From an uncultured Clostridium sp. (GTDB lineage Bacteria > Bacillota > Clostridia > TANB77 > CAG-465): a DNA stretch of 64,000 nt. The notes beneath the pieces were generated by a model. That model was not told where the DNA came from. It worked only from the letters and a program-made list of their open reading frames with translations, and made no database searches. This document shows positions 8,398-18,322 of this stretch, piece by piece (within the stretch, counting starts at the first letter, position 1; every line of letters starts with the position of its first letter). The stretch lies in assembly GCA_948470565.1 (NCBI GenBank), contig CAOKPF010000004.1, positions 220 to 64,219 of the forward strand, written 5' to 3'. The translations under genes were made by a program, and so were the position numbers.

Positions 8398-10947
8398 ATG
8401 AAAAAGGAAAAATTTAATGTTACTGGAATGACTTGTAGTAGTTGTGTAGCACATGTAGAAAAGGCAGTAAAGGAATTAGATGGTATTCAAAGTGTTAATG
8501 TTAATTTGTTATTAAATAGTATGGAAACAGAATATGATGAAAATTTAGTTTCAAGAAACCAAATCATTAAAGCTGTAATAAGTGCTGGGTATGGTATAAA
8601 TTATAAAAGTGATGAAGTAAATGATAAATTAGAAAATGATTTTGGTGAGAATGAAAAACAAATAATGGAAATGAAATTTAGATTAATTGCATCAATTTGT
8701 TTTCTTATTCCTTTGATGTATATATCTATGCATCATATGTTATATGAATGGTTTAAAATACCAGTTCCACAAATTATACAAAATGTATTTGATGGTGCTA
8801 ATAATGCGATTATATTTGCATTTACACAATTTTTACTACTTATACCAATTGTGTTTTTGAATAAAAATTATTTTTCAGTAGGTTTTAAACGACTTATAAA
8901 AAAAACACCTAGTATGGACACTTTAATTGCACTTGGAAGTTCTTCTGCAATATTATATGGTATATTTGCAATTTATATGATAGGCTATGGCTTAGGTAAT
9001 AATAATTTTGAGCTTGTAAATAAATATTCTATGAATATATATTTTGAATCTGCGGGTATGATACTTACACTTATTACACTTGGAAAATATTTAGAGAAAA
9101 AATCAAAATTAAAAACTAGCGAAGCAATAAGTAAACTTGTAAATTTAGTTCCAAAAACAGTGACTGTTATTAGAGATAATAATGAATTTTTAGTTAATAC
9201 AGAAGATATTTTGTTAGGTGATGTTATTGTTATAAAACCAGGTGAGAGTATTCCTGTAGATGGAATAATACGTTATGGGAGTTCTGCTTTAGATGAATCT
9301 AGTATTACAGGTGAAAGTATACCTGTAGAAAAAACAGTTGGGGATAATGTAATTTCAGGAACAATTAATAAAAATGGAAGTTTAAAGATAGAAGCAACAA
9401 GGGTTGGCTCTAATACTACTATTTCACAAATTATAAAGTTAGTTGAAGAGGCAAGTAGTTCAAAAGCACCGATTTCAAGGCTTGCAGATAAAGTAAGTGG
9501 TGTATTTGTTCCATGTGTAATAATAATAGCAATTTTAGCATTTGTATTTTGGTTAATTGTAGGACAAAGTTTTGAATTTGCACTTAGTATTGGTATTGCT
9601 GTGCTTGTAATATCTTGTCCCTGTGCATTAGGACTTGCAACGCCTGTTGCAATAATGGTAGCAACAGGAAATGGAGCTAAGAATGGCATTTTAATTAGAT
9701 CTGCTGAGAGTTTAGAATTATTGCACTTAGTAGACACAGTAGTATTAGACAAGACAGGTACTATAACAGAAGGTAAACCACGAGTTGACAATGTTTATTG
9801 TAGTGATAGTATGTCAAATAATAAGCTTTTGCAAATTGCAGCAAGCTTGGAAAAAAATTCCGAACATCCACTAGCAGAAGCGGTGACTCAATTTGCAAAA
9901 GATAATGAAATAGATATAAAAGAAGTAGAAGAGTTTAAATCAATATTTGGTAGAGGTGTAAAAGGTAAAATTGATGGTATACAGTATTTTGGTGGTAATA
10001 TTTTGCTAATGAGAGAAAATAATATTAATCTTTGTAATATGGAAAGCATAGCAGATGAATACTTAAATAATGGAAAAACAGTTTTATTTTTTGCTAACAA
10101 CAAAGAAGTTATAGGGATTATATCTGTTGCTGATTTTGTAAAAGATACTAGTAAGGTAGCTATTAAAGCTTTGCAAGAAAAAAATTTAGATATAGTAATG
10201 CTTACAGGAGATAATAAAATAGTGGCTGAAAAAATAGGAAAATCACTTAATATAAAAAATATAATTTCAGAAGTTTTACCACAAGATAAGGAAAAAGAGA
10301 TTTCAAGATTACAGGAAAGTGGTAAAAGAGTAGCTTTTGTTGGAGATGGAATAAATGATAGTCCTGCTTTAGCTAAGGCTGATGTTGGTATTGCAATTGG
10401 TTCAGGTACAGACATAGCAATAGAATCTGCCGATATTGTACTTGTAAAAAATAGTTTGTTAGATGTAGTTACAGCAATTTTACTTAGTCACGATGTTATA
10501 AAAAATATAAAGATGAATTTATTTTGGGCATTTTTTTATAACTGTATTGGTATACCTATTGCTGCTGGAGTATTTTATCCTACATTTGGTGTTGTTTTAA
10601 ATCCAATGATAGGTGCTGCGGCTATGAGTCTTAGTTCAATATGTGTTGTTACTAATGCATTAAGATTAAGAAAGTTTAAATCATATTTTAAGGAGGAAAA
10701 TGTAGAAATGAAAAATAATAATGAGAATATCGAAATGAAAAAAAAGATTGTGTATATAGATGGTATGCAATGTAATCATTGTAAGATGAGTGTTGAAAAA
10801 GTCTTAGGAAAAATTGATGGTGTTACTAGTGTAGAGGTAATTTTAGATGAGAAAAAGGCAATTATATTGTCTAAACTAGAAATTAATAATAATGAAATTA
10901 ATACCGCTATAACAGATGCTGGTTTTACTGTTAAAAAGATTGATTAA
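8398..10947 (+). CDS. copA: Copper-translocating P1B-type ATPase with N- and C-terminal heavy-metal-binding domains
   Basis: N-terminal HMA GMTCSSC, TGES, CPC (SCPCALGLATP), DKTGTIT, GDGINDSPAL. A second HMA fold with GMQCNHC occupies the last ~70 aa. Confidence 0.95.
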   Translation: MKKEKFNVTGMTCSSCVAHVEKAVKELDGIQSVNVNLLLNSMETEYDENLVSRNQIIKAVISAGYGINYKSDEVNDKLENDFGENEKQIMEMKFRLIASICFLIPLMYISMHHMLYEWFKIPVPQIIQNVFDGANNAIIFAFTQFLLLIPIVFLNKNYFSVGFKRLIKKTPSMDTLIALGSSSAILYGIFAIYMIGYGLGNNNFELVNKYSMNIYFESAGMILTLITLGKYLEKKSKLKTSEAISKLVNLVPKTVTVIRDNNEFLVNTEDILLGDVIVIKPGESIPVDGIIRYGSSALDESSITGESIPVEKTVGDNVISGTINKNGSLKIEATRVGSNTTISQIIKLVEEASSSKAPISRLADKVSGVFVPCVIIIAILAFVFWLIVGQSFEFALSIGIAVLVISCPCALGLATPVAIMVATGNGAKNGILIRSAESLELLHLVDTVVLDKTGTITEGKPRVDNVYCSDSMSNNKLLQIAASLEKNSEHPLAEAVTQFAKDNEIDIKEVEEFKSIFGRGVKGKIDGIQYFGGNILLMRENNINLCNMESIADEYLNNGKTVLFFANNKEVIGIISVADFVKDTSKVAIKALQEKNLDIVMLTGDNKIVAEKIGKSLNIKNIISEVLPQDKEKEISRLQESGKRVAFVGDGINDSPALAKADVGIAIGSGTDIAIESADIVLVKNSLLDVVTAILLSHDVIKNIKMNLFWAFFYNCIGIPIAAGVFYPTFGVVLNPMIGAAAMSLSSICVVTNALRLRKFKSYFKEENVEMKNNNENIEMKKKIVYIDGMQCNHCKMSVEKVLGKIDGVTSVEVILDEKKAIILSKLEINNNEINTAITDAGFTVKKID

Positions 10948-10987
10948 TTTATATATGTAATTTTATAAATTATAGGTAGGGGGAGAA

Positions 10988-11731
10988 ATGTCAGATCAAT
11001 TTTCAAGAACTAGACTACTTATTGGAAGTGATGGAATTGAAAAATTGCACAATGCAAAAGTTGCAATTTTTGGAATAGGCGGAGTAGGTTCGTTTGTTGT
11101 GGAAGCTTTAGCAAGGGCTGGTATAGGCAATTTTATACTTATAGATAATGATACAGTAAGTATATCTAATTTAAACAGGCAAATTATTGCAACGAAAAGT
11201 ACTATTGGAAAGTTTAAAGTTGATGTTGCAAAACAAAGAATATTAGATATAAATGAAAATGCAGATGTTCAAATATATAATGAATTTTTTATGCCTGATA
11301 GTAAAATAGATATATTAAATAATTCAGTTTCATATATAGTTGATTGCATAGACACAGTAACCGCCAAAATTGAATTGGCTATTAGAGCAGAAAAAATGAA
11401 TATTCCGATTATTTCAAGTATGGGAACAGGTAATAAGTTAGATCCAACTAAGTTTGAGATAACTGATATATACAAGACAAGTGTATGTCCTTTAGCAAAG
11501 GTTATGAGAAAAGAATTAAAGTCAAGAGGAATTAAGAAATTAAAAGTTGTATATTCTAAGGAAGAACCAATAAAACCTAATTACAATATTAGTAATATTA
11601 ATAATGATTTAGATATTAATATAAATAGTATTCATAAAAAACAAGTAGCAGGTAGTATATCTTTCGTTCCATCTGCTGCAGGTCTTATTATTGCTGGTGA
11701 AGTAGTAAAGGATATAATTAAAAATAACTGA
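10988..11731 (+). CDS. tcdA: tRNA threonylcarbamoyladenosine dehydratase (ThiF/E1-like, TcdA/CsdL family)
   Basis: FSRTRLLIG..G...L....V.IFGIGGVGS Rossmann motif, LIDNDTVSISNLNRQ, and a size (~247 aa) typical of TcdA. Confidence 0.8.
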   Translation: MSDQFSRTRLLIGSDGIEKLHNAKVAIFGIGGVGSFVVEALARAGIGNFILIDNDTVSISNLNRQIIATKSTIGKFKVDVAKQRILDINENADVQIYNEFFMPDSKIDILNNSVSYIVDCIDTVTAKIELAIRAEKMNIPIISSMGTGNKLDPTKFEITDIYKTSVCPLAKVMRKELKSRGIKKLKVVYSKEEPIKPNYNISNINNDLDININSIHKKQVAGSISFVPSAAGLIIAGEVVKDIIKNN

Positions 11732-11802
11732 TAGTATAAAATAAATTAAAAAATATATTTAAATTTATTAAAGAAATTATATTTTTTTTATATAATTATC
11801 AT

Positions 11803-11844
11803 AAAACTAGTAAAATCCGAAATTTTCATAATTTTACTAGTTTT
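11803..11844. terminator. Bidirectional terminator between tcdA and the Spo0E-like gene
   Basis: AAAACTAGTAAAAT...ATTTTACTAGTTTT, a perfect 14-bp stem. Confidence 0.8.
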
Positions 11845-11861
11845 ATTAATTGCATAAATAT

Positions 11862-12026
11862 TTATTTATCCTCTTTCTCTTTGTTATTTTCTAGCATATG
11901 CTTTAGTATGTATTTATCTAGTATTTGACTTTGTTTTAGTATTTTCTCATATGGTGCTTTTTCATTAATCATTTTTTCTAGCTTTTTTTTATTCTTTTGT
12001 ATTTGCAAAAATGTTTTTTTATTCAT
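11862..12026 (-). CDS. Spo0E-family aspartyl-phosphate phosphatase-like small protein (54 aa, absent from the ORF track)
   Basis: Hand translation: MNKKTFLQIQKNKKKLEKMINEKAPYEKILKQSQILDKYILKHMLENNKEKEDK. Contains the Spo0E signature SQxLDxxI. SD AAGGAGCTGA precedes the ATG (complement of 12024-12026). Confidence 0.65.
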   Translation of the reverse strand: MNKKTFLQIQKNKKKLEKMINEKAPYEKILKQSQILDKYILKHMLENNKEKEDK

Positions 12027-12169
12027 GAAATCAGCTCCTTTTGTTTACATTATAACATATACATTATGAGAAAATAGCAGTATTTTGTCAAATATAAAAT
12101 TTACATAAAAAATATTGCAATATTTATTAATATATGTTAAAATAAGTATAGTAAAATGGAGGGATTAGA

Positions 12170-12373
12170 ATGGATTGGAAATGTATAAAATGCGGAAATG
12201 ATAAATTTGATAAGGACAGTTTTCAAGCAACTGGAGGAAACTTTGCTAAATTATTTGATGTACAAAATAAAAAATTTGTTACAGTAAGTTGCAGTAAGTG
12301 TGGTTATACTGAGCTTTATAGAACTGATACATCAGCAGAAATGAATATATTAGATTTTCTAATTGGTGGATAA
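12170..12373 (+). CDS. Small zinc-ribbon protein
   Basis: Two CxxC pairs (CIKCGN ... CSKCGY). 67 aa. SD GGAGGG upstream. Confidence 0.65.
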   Translation: MDWKCIKCGNDKFDKDSFQATGGNFAKLFDVQNKKFVTVSCSKCGYTELYRTDTSAEMNILDFLIGG

Positions 12374-12474
12374 TAATGATTTTGTATAATTATAGAAGAA
12401 ATAATTTTTTAAGACATTTTATGGAAAATAGAATTTGGCAAGAAGAAGGAGTTAGTTTTTAAGGAGATGATAAA

Positions 12475-12793
12475 ATGGCAACAACAATAGATTTTGTAAA
12501 TTATGTATGTGAACAAATATCTGGCATAGGGGATATTAATTATAAAAAAATGTTTGGAGAATATATGGTATATATTAATGGAAAACCTGTTATTATAATA
12601 TGTGATAATACAGCATTTGTAAAAAAGCTTGATTGCATTGAAGAGCAGATGAAAAATGCACGGAATAGGTTACCCATATAAGGGCGCAAAAGAACATTAT
12701 ATTTTGGATATTGATAATAAGGAACTTTTAAGAGACGTTGTTATTAAATTAGAAAATGTTATACCATTACCCAAACCAAGAAAAAAGAAATAA
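12475..12793 (+). pseudogene. TfoX N-terminal-domain protein, interrupted by a +1 frameshift
   Basis: Frame A reads MATTIDFVNYV...KMFGEYMVYINGKPV...EEQMKNARNRLPI*. The next frame continues (G)IGYPYKGAKEHYILDIDNKELLRDVVIKLENVIPLPKPRKKK* to 12793. Deleting C 12661 gives one 105-aa reading frame. The indel must lie within 12653-12678. Confidence 0.7.
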
Positions 12794-12989
12794 TTTATTT
12801 ATTCAAATAAAATTATTAGTTTATAATAATATATTTTTAAATGTCTTTTATTAGAAATTATATTTATATCCATGATAATATATGTAAAGTAAATACTATG
12901 TAGAATAAAAGTAGTATATTTGTTTAGGAGAGTAGTTTTTGGCTACTTTCCATTTTTTTATAAAAATATAATTCTTAAGATTTTCTTTA

Positions 12990-13023
12990 TGTCACTTACT
13001 TGTCACTTTGAGTATGGTATAAT
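12990..13023 (+). promoter_or_regulatory. Direct-repeat box overlapping the -35 region plus extended -10 promoter of the ABC operon
   Basis: TGTCACTT at 12990 and again at 13001 (11-bp phasing), then TGgTATAAT at 13015-13023. This geometry is typical of OmpR-family activator sites. Confidence 0.5.
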
Positions 13024-13054
13024 TTTTTATAGAATATGAAAGGAGAAAATATTT

Positions 13055-13717
13055 ATGGAAATATTAAGAGTTGAAAACTTAAACAAAGTTTATGGAGAAG
13101 GGGGGACAAAAGTAACTGCACTAGATAATGTATCTTTTAGTGTAGAAAAAGGAGAGTTTGTTGCAATAGTTGGTGCAAGTGGTAGTGGTAAATCTACATT
13201 ATTACATTTAATAGGAGGGGTAGATAGACCAACAAGTGGTAAAGTATATATTGATGGAAAAGATATATATAAGTTTAGTGATGATGAACTTGCTATATTT
13301 AGAAGAAGACAGGTAGGTCTTATATATCAGTTTTATAACTTAATACCAATTTTAAATGTAGAAGAAAATATAACTTTACCACTAAATCTAGATAATAGAC
13401 AAGTGGATAATCAGCTTCTAGATGAATTAATAAATATATTAGGCTTAAGTAGTAGAAAGACACATTTACCTAATCAGCTATCAGGTGGTCAACAACAAAG
13501 AACTTCAATAGGTAGAGCAATGATAACTAAACCTGCAATTATTTTAGCAGATGAACCAACAGGAAACTTAGATACAAAATCTAGTGATGAAATAGTAGAG
13601 TTGCTAAAAAAATCTAATAGAGATTACAAACAAACTATAATTATGATTACTCATAATTTAGAGATTGCAAAACATGCTAATAGAATTATAAAAATTGAAG
13701 ATGGAAGGATTGTTTAG
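13055..13717 (+). CDS. ABC transporter ATP-binding protein (BceA/MacB-type)
   Basis: Walker A GASGSGKST, signature LSGGQQQR, Walker B ILADEPTGNLD, H-loop ITHN. Confidence 0.95.
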   Translation: MEILRVENLNKVYGEGGTKVTALDNVSFSVEKGEFVAIVGASGSGKSTLLHLIGGVDRPTSGKVYIDGKDIYKFSDDELAIFRRRQVGLIYQFYNLIPILNVEENITLPLNLDNRQVDNQLLDELINILGLSSRKTHLPNQLSGGQQQRTSIGRAMITKPAIILADEPTGNLDTKSSDEIVELLKKSNRDYKQTIIMITHNLEIAKHANRIIKIEDGRIV

Positions 13718-13727
13718 GAGGTATAAT

Positions 13728-16313
13728 ATGAACATTCTTAACAAATTATCAGTAAAGAATTTAAAACTTAATAAGAAAAGAACTATTAGTACAATTGTAG
13801 GAATAACTTTGTCAGTTGCACTTATTTGTGCAGTTGCAACTTTGTTTTCAAGCTTTCAAGCAACATTAGTACAAAACGCTATAAATGAGACAGGATATTT
13901 TCATCTAGGGCTATTTAATGTAACTGATGAAAATATAAATGAACTTAAGAATAATAGAGATATAAAAGATATATATACTGTAAATGAAATAGGATATGCA
14001 AATCTTGAGAATAGTAAAAATCCATTAAAACCATATCTAAAATTAAAGTCAATGGATAAAGCAGTATTTGAAAAATTAAGTTTAAAATTAATAGAGGGAA
14101 GATTTGCAAGTAATAGCAATGAACTAGTTATAAGTAATCATATAAAAACTAATGCTAGAGTTGAGTATAAAGTTGGAGATAAGATTAAATTAAACGTTGG
14201 AAAAAGAATGTCATTAGATGATTATGAGTTGGGTTCATATAATATGTATAATGAAGCAGACGAAAAGTTAGTTGATTGTATAGAACGTGAATTTACAATT
14301 GTAGGAATTATAGAAAGACCAGATAATAGTTTTGAAGAATATGCAGAACCAGGGTATACAATTATTACAACAGGTATAGATTCAGAAAGTAAGAATTCAT
14401 ATATAGTTTTGAAAAATCCAATGGAACATAATGTTGCAATAAATAGGATACTTGGAATAAAAGAACCAAATAAAGAAGATTTGTCAGAAGATGATTATAA
14501 GGATTTAAAATATGATAATTATATGAAAAATAGAGAGTTACTTAGATGGGAAGTATTTGCATTTAGTGATTCTACAGTAAGTATGTTATATATATTATGT
14601 ATAATAGTAGTAGGAATAATATTATTTACTAGTGTATTTTGTATAAGAAATTCATTTGCAATAGCTACTACTGAAAAGATAAAAATGTATGGAATGCTTG
14701 CAAGTGTTGGAGCAACTAAAAAACAGATAAAGAAAAATGTAATTTTTGAGTCTTTTTTACTTGGAATAATAGGTATACCATTAGGATTAATATCAGGAAT
14801 TTTTGCAGTATTTTTATTAACACAAATAGTTTCAATGCTACTTGGTGAAAGATTGCTTCAACATGTAGATGGAATAATATTTAATGTATCAATTATTCCT
14901 GTATTAATATCAGTTATATTAGGAATTATAACAATATATTTTTCTGCAATTTCATCAGCAAGAAAAGCAAGTAAAGTAAGTCCAATTGAAAGTTTAAAAA
15001 ATACTAATGATATAAAAATAAAAGGAAAGAAATTAAAATCACCAAAGATAATATCAAAAATATTTAAAACAGGTGGAGAACTTGCATATAAAAATTTAAA
15101 AAGAAGTAGAAAAAAATATAGAACCACTGTTATATCAATTACCGTAAGTATAGTTATATTTATAACAATGAATAGTTTTATAACAAATATGATTGGATTT
15201 TCTTCAAATTATTATACATTATATGATTATAATATTGAACTTTATAATAATTTAGAAAATTTGAGTGATCAAGATATAAAGAAGATAACTTCTCTTAGTG
15301 ATATAGATGAATATTTTATTTCATATCAGGAAATAGGAAATTATATAAAAATATTCGATATTGATAAAGTAAATCAAACTGGTGATACGGAACTTATAGA
15401 AGATTATACATATGATGAAAACACAGGTGAAAAGGTCAATACTGGAAAAGGTAAAGTAGCAAATTTAAGTGTTATTGCATTGGATGATGCTACATTTAAA
15501 AAGTACGCCAAAAAAATAGGGAAAGACTATGAGAAAATAAAATCTACAGGTGTACTAAATGATATGTATAAATATTATGATGAGAGTAGTGATAATGTAA
15601 AGGAAACTAGAAGATATAAATATAGTGAAAACGATATAATAAAAGGTGAATATAAAAATAAAGCTATTAATATAAAAGTTGGTGCTGTAAATGATATAAA
15701 ACCTTATGGATTTGAGCAAACATATAATGGTGGTGGATATTTGATTGTAAACAAAGATGAACATAAAGATTTTGAATTTGAAATGTATGAAATATGTATA
15801 AAGTCAAGTAATCCAGATAAGTTACAAAAGGATTTAGAAAGTTTGAATTTTGATTTTAAAATTAGGAATATAGATAAAGAGGCAAAAGAACAAGAGTCAA
15901 TGATTTTGGTTATTAATATATTTATTTATGGATTTATAACAGTAATTACACTTATTGGTGTTACTAATATATTTAATACAATTACATCTAATATGGAACT
16001 TAGGCAAAAGGAATTTGCAATGCTTAAAAGTATAGGTATGACTAAAAAAGAGTTTAATAGAATGATTAATTTAGAAACTATATTTTATGGAACAAAATCT
16101 TTGATATATGGAATAATATTAGGGCTACTTGGTACATTTGCAATATATAAAGCTTTTTCAGTAAAGATTGATAGTGGAATATATATACCAGTAGTACCAA
16201 TTATAATTTCAATAATCTTTGTATTTGTTATAGTATTTGTAATTATGAAATATTCAATAAGTAAAATAAATAGGCAAAATACAATAGAAACCATTAGAAA
16301 TGAAAATATTTAA
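13728..16313 (+). CDS. FtsX-family ABC permease with two FtsX modules and a large extracellular domain (BceB-like)
   Basis: Start moved to ATG 13728 (SD AGGAGG 7 nt upstream). The ORF-track start overlaps the ATPase gene. Two FtsX 4-TM modules (around aa 290-420 and 740-860) are separated by a ~230-aa soluble domain. Confidence 0.85.
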   Translation: MNILNKLSVKNLKLNKKRTISTIVGITLSVALICAVATLFSSFQATLVQNAINETGYFHLGLFNVTDENINELKNNRDIKDIYTVNEIGYANLENSKNPLKPYLKLKSMDKAVFEKLSLKLIEGRFASNSNELVISNHIKTNARVEYKVGDKIKLNVGKRMSLDDYELGSYNMYNEADEKLVDCIEREFTIVGIIERPDNSFEEYAEPGYTIITTGIDSESKNSYIVLKNPMEHNVAINRILGIKEPNKEDLSEDDYKDLKYDNYMKNRELLRWEVFAFSDSTVSMLYILCIIVVGIILFTSVFCIRNSFAIATTEKIKMYGMLASVGATKKQIKKNVIFESFLLGIIGIPLGLISGIFAVFLLTQIVSMLLGERLLQHVDGIIFNVSIIPVLISVILGIITIYFSAISSARKASKVSPIESLKNTNDIKIKGKKLKSPKIISKIFKTGGELAYKNLKRSRKKYRTTVISITVSIVIFITMNSFITNMIGFSSNYYTLYDYNIELYNNLENLSDQDIKKITSLSDIDEYFISYQEIGNYIKIFDIDKVNQTGDTELIEDYTYDENTGEKVNTGKGKVANLSVIALDDATFKKYAKKIGKDYEKIKSTGVLNDMYKYYDESSDNVKETRRYKYSENDIIKGEYKNKAINIKVGAVNDIKPYGFEQTYNGGGYLIVNKDEHKDFEFEMYEICIKSSNPDKLQKDLESLNFDFKIRNIDKEAKEQESMILVINIFIYGFITVITLIGVTNIFNTITSNMELRQKEFAMLKSIGMTKKEFNRMINLETIFYGTKSLIYGIILGLLGTFAIYKAFSVKIDSGIYIPVVPIIISIIFVFVIVFVIMKYSISKINRQNTIETIRNENI

Positions 16314-16365
16314 AGAAATAAATTATATAATAAATTTATTTACTTTAAAAATATATAATTTTTAA

Positions 16366-16406
16366 TAAAAAATCGCTGAATTTATATATAGTCAGCGATT
16401 TTTTTA
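16366..16406. terminator. Bidirectional terminator
   Basis: AAAAAATCGCTGA...TCAGCGATTTTTTT between convergent genes. Confidence 0.8.
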
Positions 16407-16430
16407 AATTTTTTCATGATTTAAATATTT

Positions 16431-17102
16431 TTATGCTCTAAGGTAGTAATGTGCGAGTAGGCTTTTTATTTTTCCATCTTTTATAACTGCATTATATCCA
16501 GTATTATTTCGATACATTGGAGAATTAACATCATCATTTCCAGAAATATGAATTTCATTTTTTTTTCTTTCTGACATGTATGGAGCTAGAAATTTTTCAA
16601 AAAAGTGTTCAACTTCTTTGCTGTAAACCTCTTTTTTAGGATTGTTTATTTTATAAATTAGTTCATCTCGTACTTGTTTAGCTGTTACGGAACCTGATAC
16701 AGATGTTTCAAATACATAATAGTATATCGAATTTTCACATAGTATGTTAAGACATGGATCAAATACGAAATCTTTATTATTAAATTTAAAACAGATCCAT
16801 GAATGCCAATATTTTTTATAAGGAGAAAATATTAAATTGCCCCGTTTAATACAATCATCATCTTTTAAAAACATTATTGCAGATTCGGTTGTTTCCCAAC
16901 ACCAACCTTCAAGTAATCCATCATTCATTAAATCTATGATATTTTTTTGTGGTGAAGTGGCAATTTCTATTGACAAATTTTTAAGTTTACGCTTTAGATA
17001 ATTTAGTGCAGGCTTTGGGACAGGTATAGAATTAATTAATTCAAACCTTTCTAATTCGTCCATGTATTTAACATCTTTTGTTCGTAATAAAGTTTTATTC
17101 AT
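16431..17102 (-). CDS. Hypothetical protein with possible transglutaminase/papain-like Cys-His-Asp arrangement
   Basis: SD AGGAGG upstream. Ordered motifs LEGWCWETT ... YWHSWICF ... FVFDPCLN resemble the C..H..D core of transglutaminase-like cysteine peptidases. Tentative. Confidence 0.4.
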   Translation of the reverse strand: MNKTLLRTKDVKYMDELERFELINSIPVPKPALNYLKRKLKNLSIEIATSPQKNIIDLMNDGLLEGWCWETTESAIMFLKDDDCIKRGNLIFSPYKKYWHSWICFKFNNKDFVFDPCLNILCENSIYYYVFETSVSGSVTAKQVRDELIYKINNPKKEVYSKEVEHFFEKFLAPYMSERKKNEIHISGNDDVNSPMYRNNTGYNAVIKDGKIKSLLAHYYLRA

Positions 17103-17662
17103 AGTATACCTCCTAAAATAATTTAGCCAAATAATGGATTTTAAATTGTAAGTTTACAATATATAAAATATGTTATGTATAGTATTTTACCATATTACTG
17201 ATAAAAATCAATAGTTTAGTTGACTTTTTTAGTAAAATATTGTAAAATAAATTTAAATTTATAATTTTAAGTATGAAAAATAAAATGGTTTTTGGCAGTA
17301 TTTCTAAAGAAAAAGGGTTTAATTTTTTTATAAGGAGGAATTTAGAGTAGTAATAAAATTAATAGGAAAAAGCTGTAAACATGTGATACTAAATGTTGTA
17401 GTGAGTTAGGAGATAAAGTGGTAATAAATGGTTTCATGTGACTAGATGAAACAATTTTTATGTTCATGATAAAATAAAAAATAAATGAGGGTGTCTAGAA
17501 AATATAATTCTAGTACTCTCATTTATTTTTATTCATCTACCTTGAAAGTCTACAAAAACATATATTCCAAATTATAAAATATATACTTTTAAATTATACA
17601 TCTCTATGTTATAATTATTTAGTAATAGTTTTGATATAAAACAATTATAAGGAGAATAAAAA

Positions 17663-18322
17663 GTGAAAATTTTATTAGTAGAAGATAACATTATTCTTGC
17701 AAAAAGTTTGATCTATTCATTAGAGCAAAAGGGATATGAATTGGTACATAAGGCTAATGTAAAAGATACAATTAGCTTTTTAGATAATTGTAAAGTAAAT
17801 TTAGTAATACTTGATGTGTCTTTACCAGATGGAAATGGTTTTTCATTATATGAAAATGAAATAAAAATCAAAGGAATACCAACAGTTTTTTTAACTGCAA
17901 AAGATGATGAAGATGACGTCGTAAGGGGTTTGGAGCTTGGAGCAGATGATTATATTACGAAGCCATTTTCAACAAAAGAACTGATTGCAAGAATTAATAA
18001 AATAATGTTAAGAGATAAGAAAAATGCAGTTTTAAAAGTAAAGGATATATCATTTAATATGGATAAAATGGTTGTTTATAAAGGTGAAAACGAGTTACTA
18101 CTTACAAGTTTGGAATTAAAAATTCTTCACTTATTATTTTTAAATTTAAATAAAGTAGTGTCAAGAAGTGATATTATTTACAAAATATATGAGTGGACTG
18201 GAAATGATGTAAATGATAATACTGTGACCGTTTATTTAAAAAGAATAAGAGAAAAGATAGATACTGATATTATAGTTACAATTAAGGGTATTGGATATAG
18301 GATTGATGAATATGGAAAATAA
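17663..18322 (+). CDS. OmpR-family response regulator
   Basis: GTG start with SD AAGGAG. Receiver domain (LLVEDN, phospho-acceptor context ILDVSLPDGNG, K in YITKPF). Winged-helix C-terminus (LTSLELKILHLL..., TVTVYLKRIREKI, GIGYRI). Confidence 0.9.
   Translation: MKILLVEDNIILAKSLIYSLEQKGYELVHKANVKDTISFLDNCKVNLVILDVSLPDGNGFSLYENEIKIKGIPTVFLTAKDDEDDVVRGLELGADDYITKPFSTKELIARINKIMLRDKKNAVLKVKDISFNMDKMVVYKGENELLLTSLELKILHLLFLNLNKVVSRSDIIYKIYEWTGNDVNDNTVTVYLKRIREKIDTDIIVTIKGIGYRIDEYGK

Noticed and set aside
9273-10415. Minus-strand ORFs of 172 and 175 aa inside copA
   Set aside because: They are fully nested antisense to a gene with every P-type ATPase motif. No SD or motif supports them.
17273-17350. 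25-codon ORF (MKNKMVFGSISKEKGFNFFIRRNLE) in the long intergenic region
   Set aside because: It has no SD and no recognisable peptide family. It is treated as part of a possible non-coding transcript instead.
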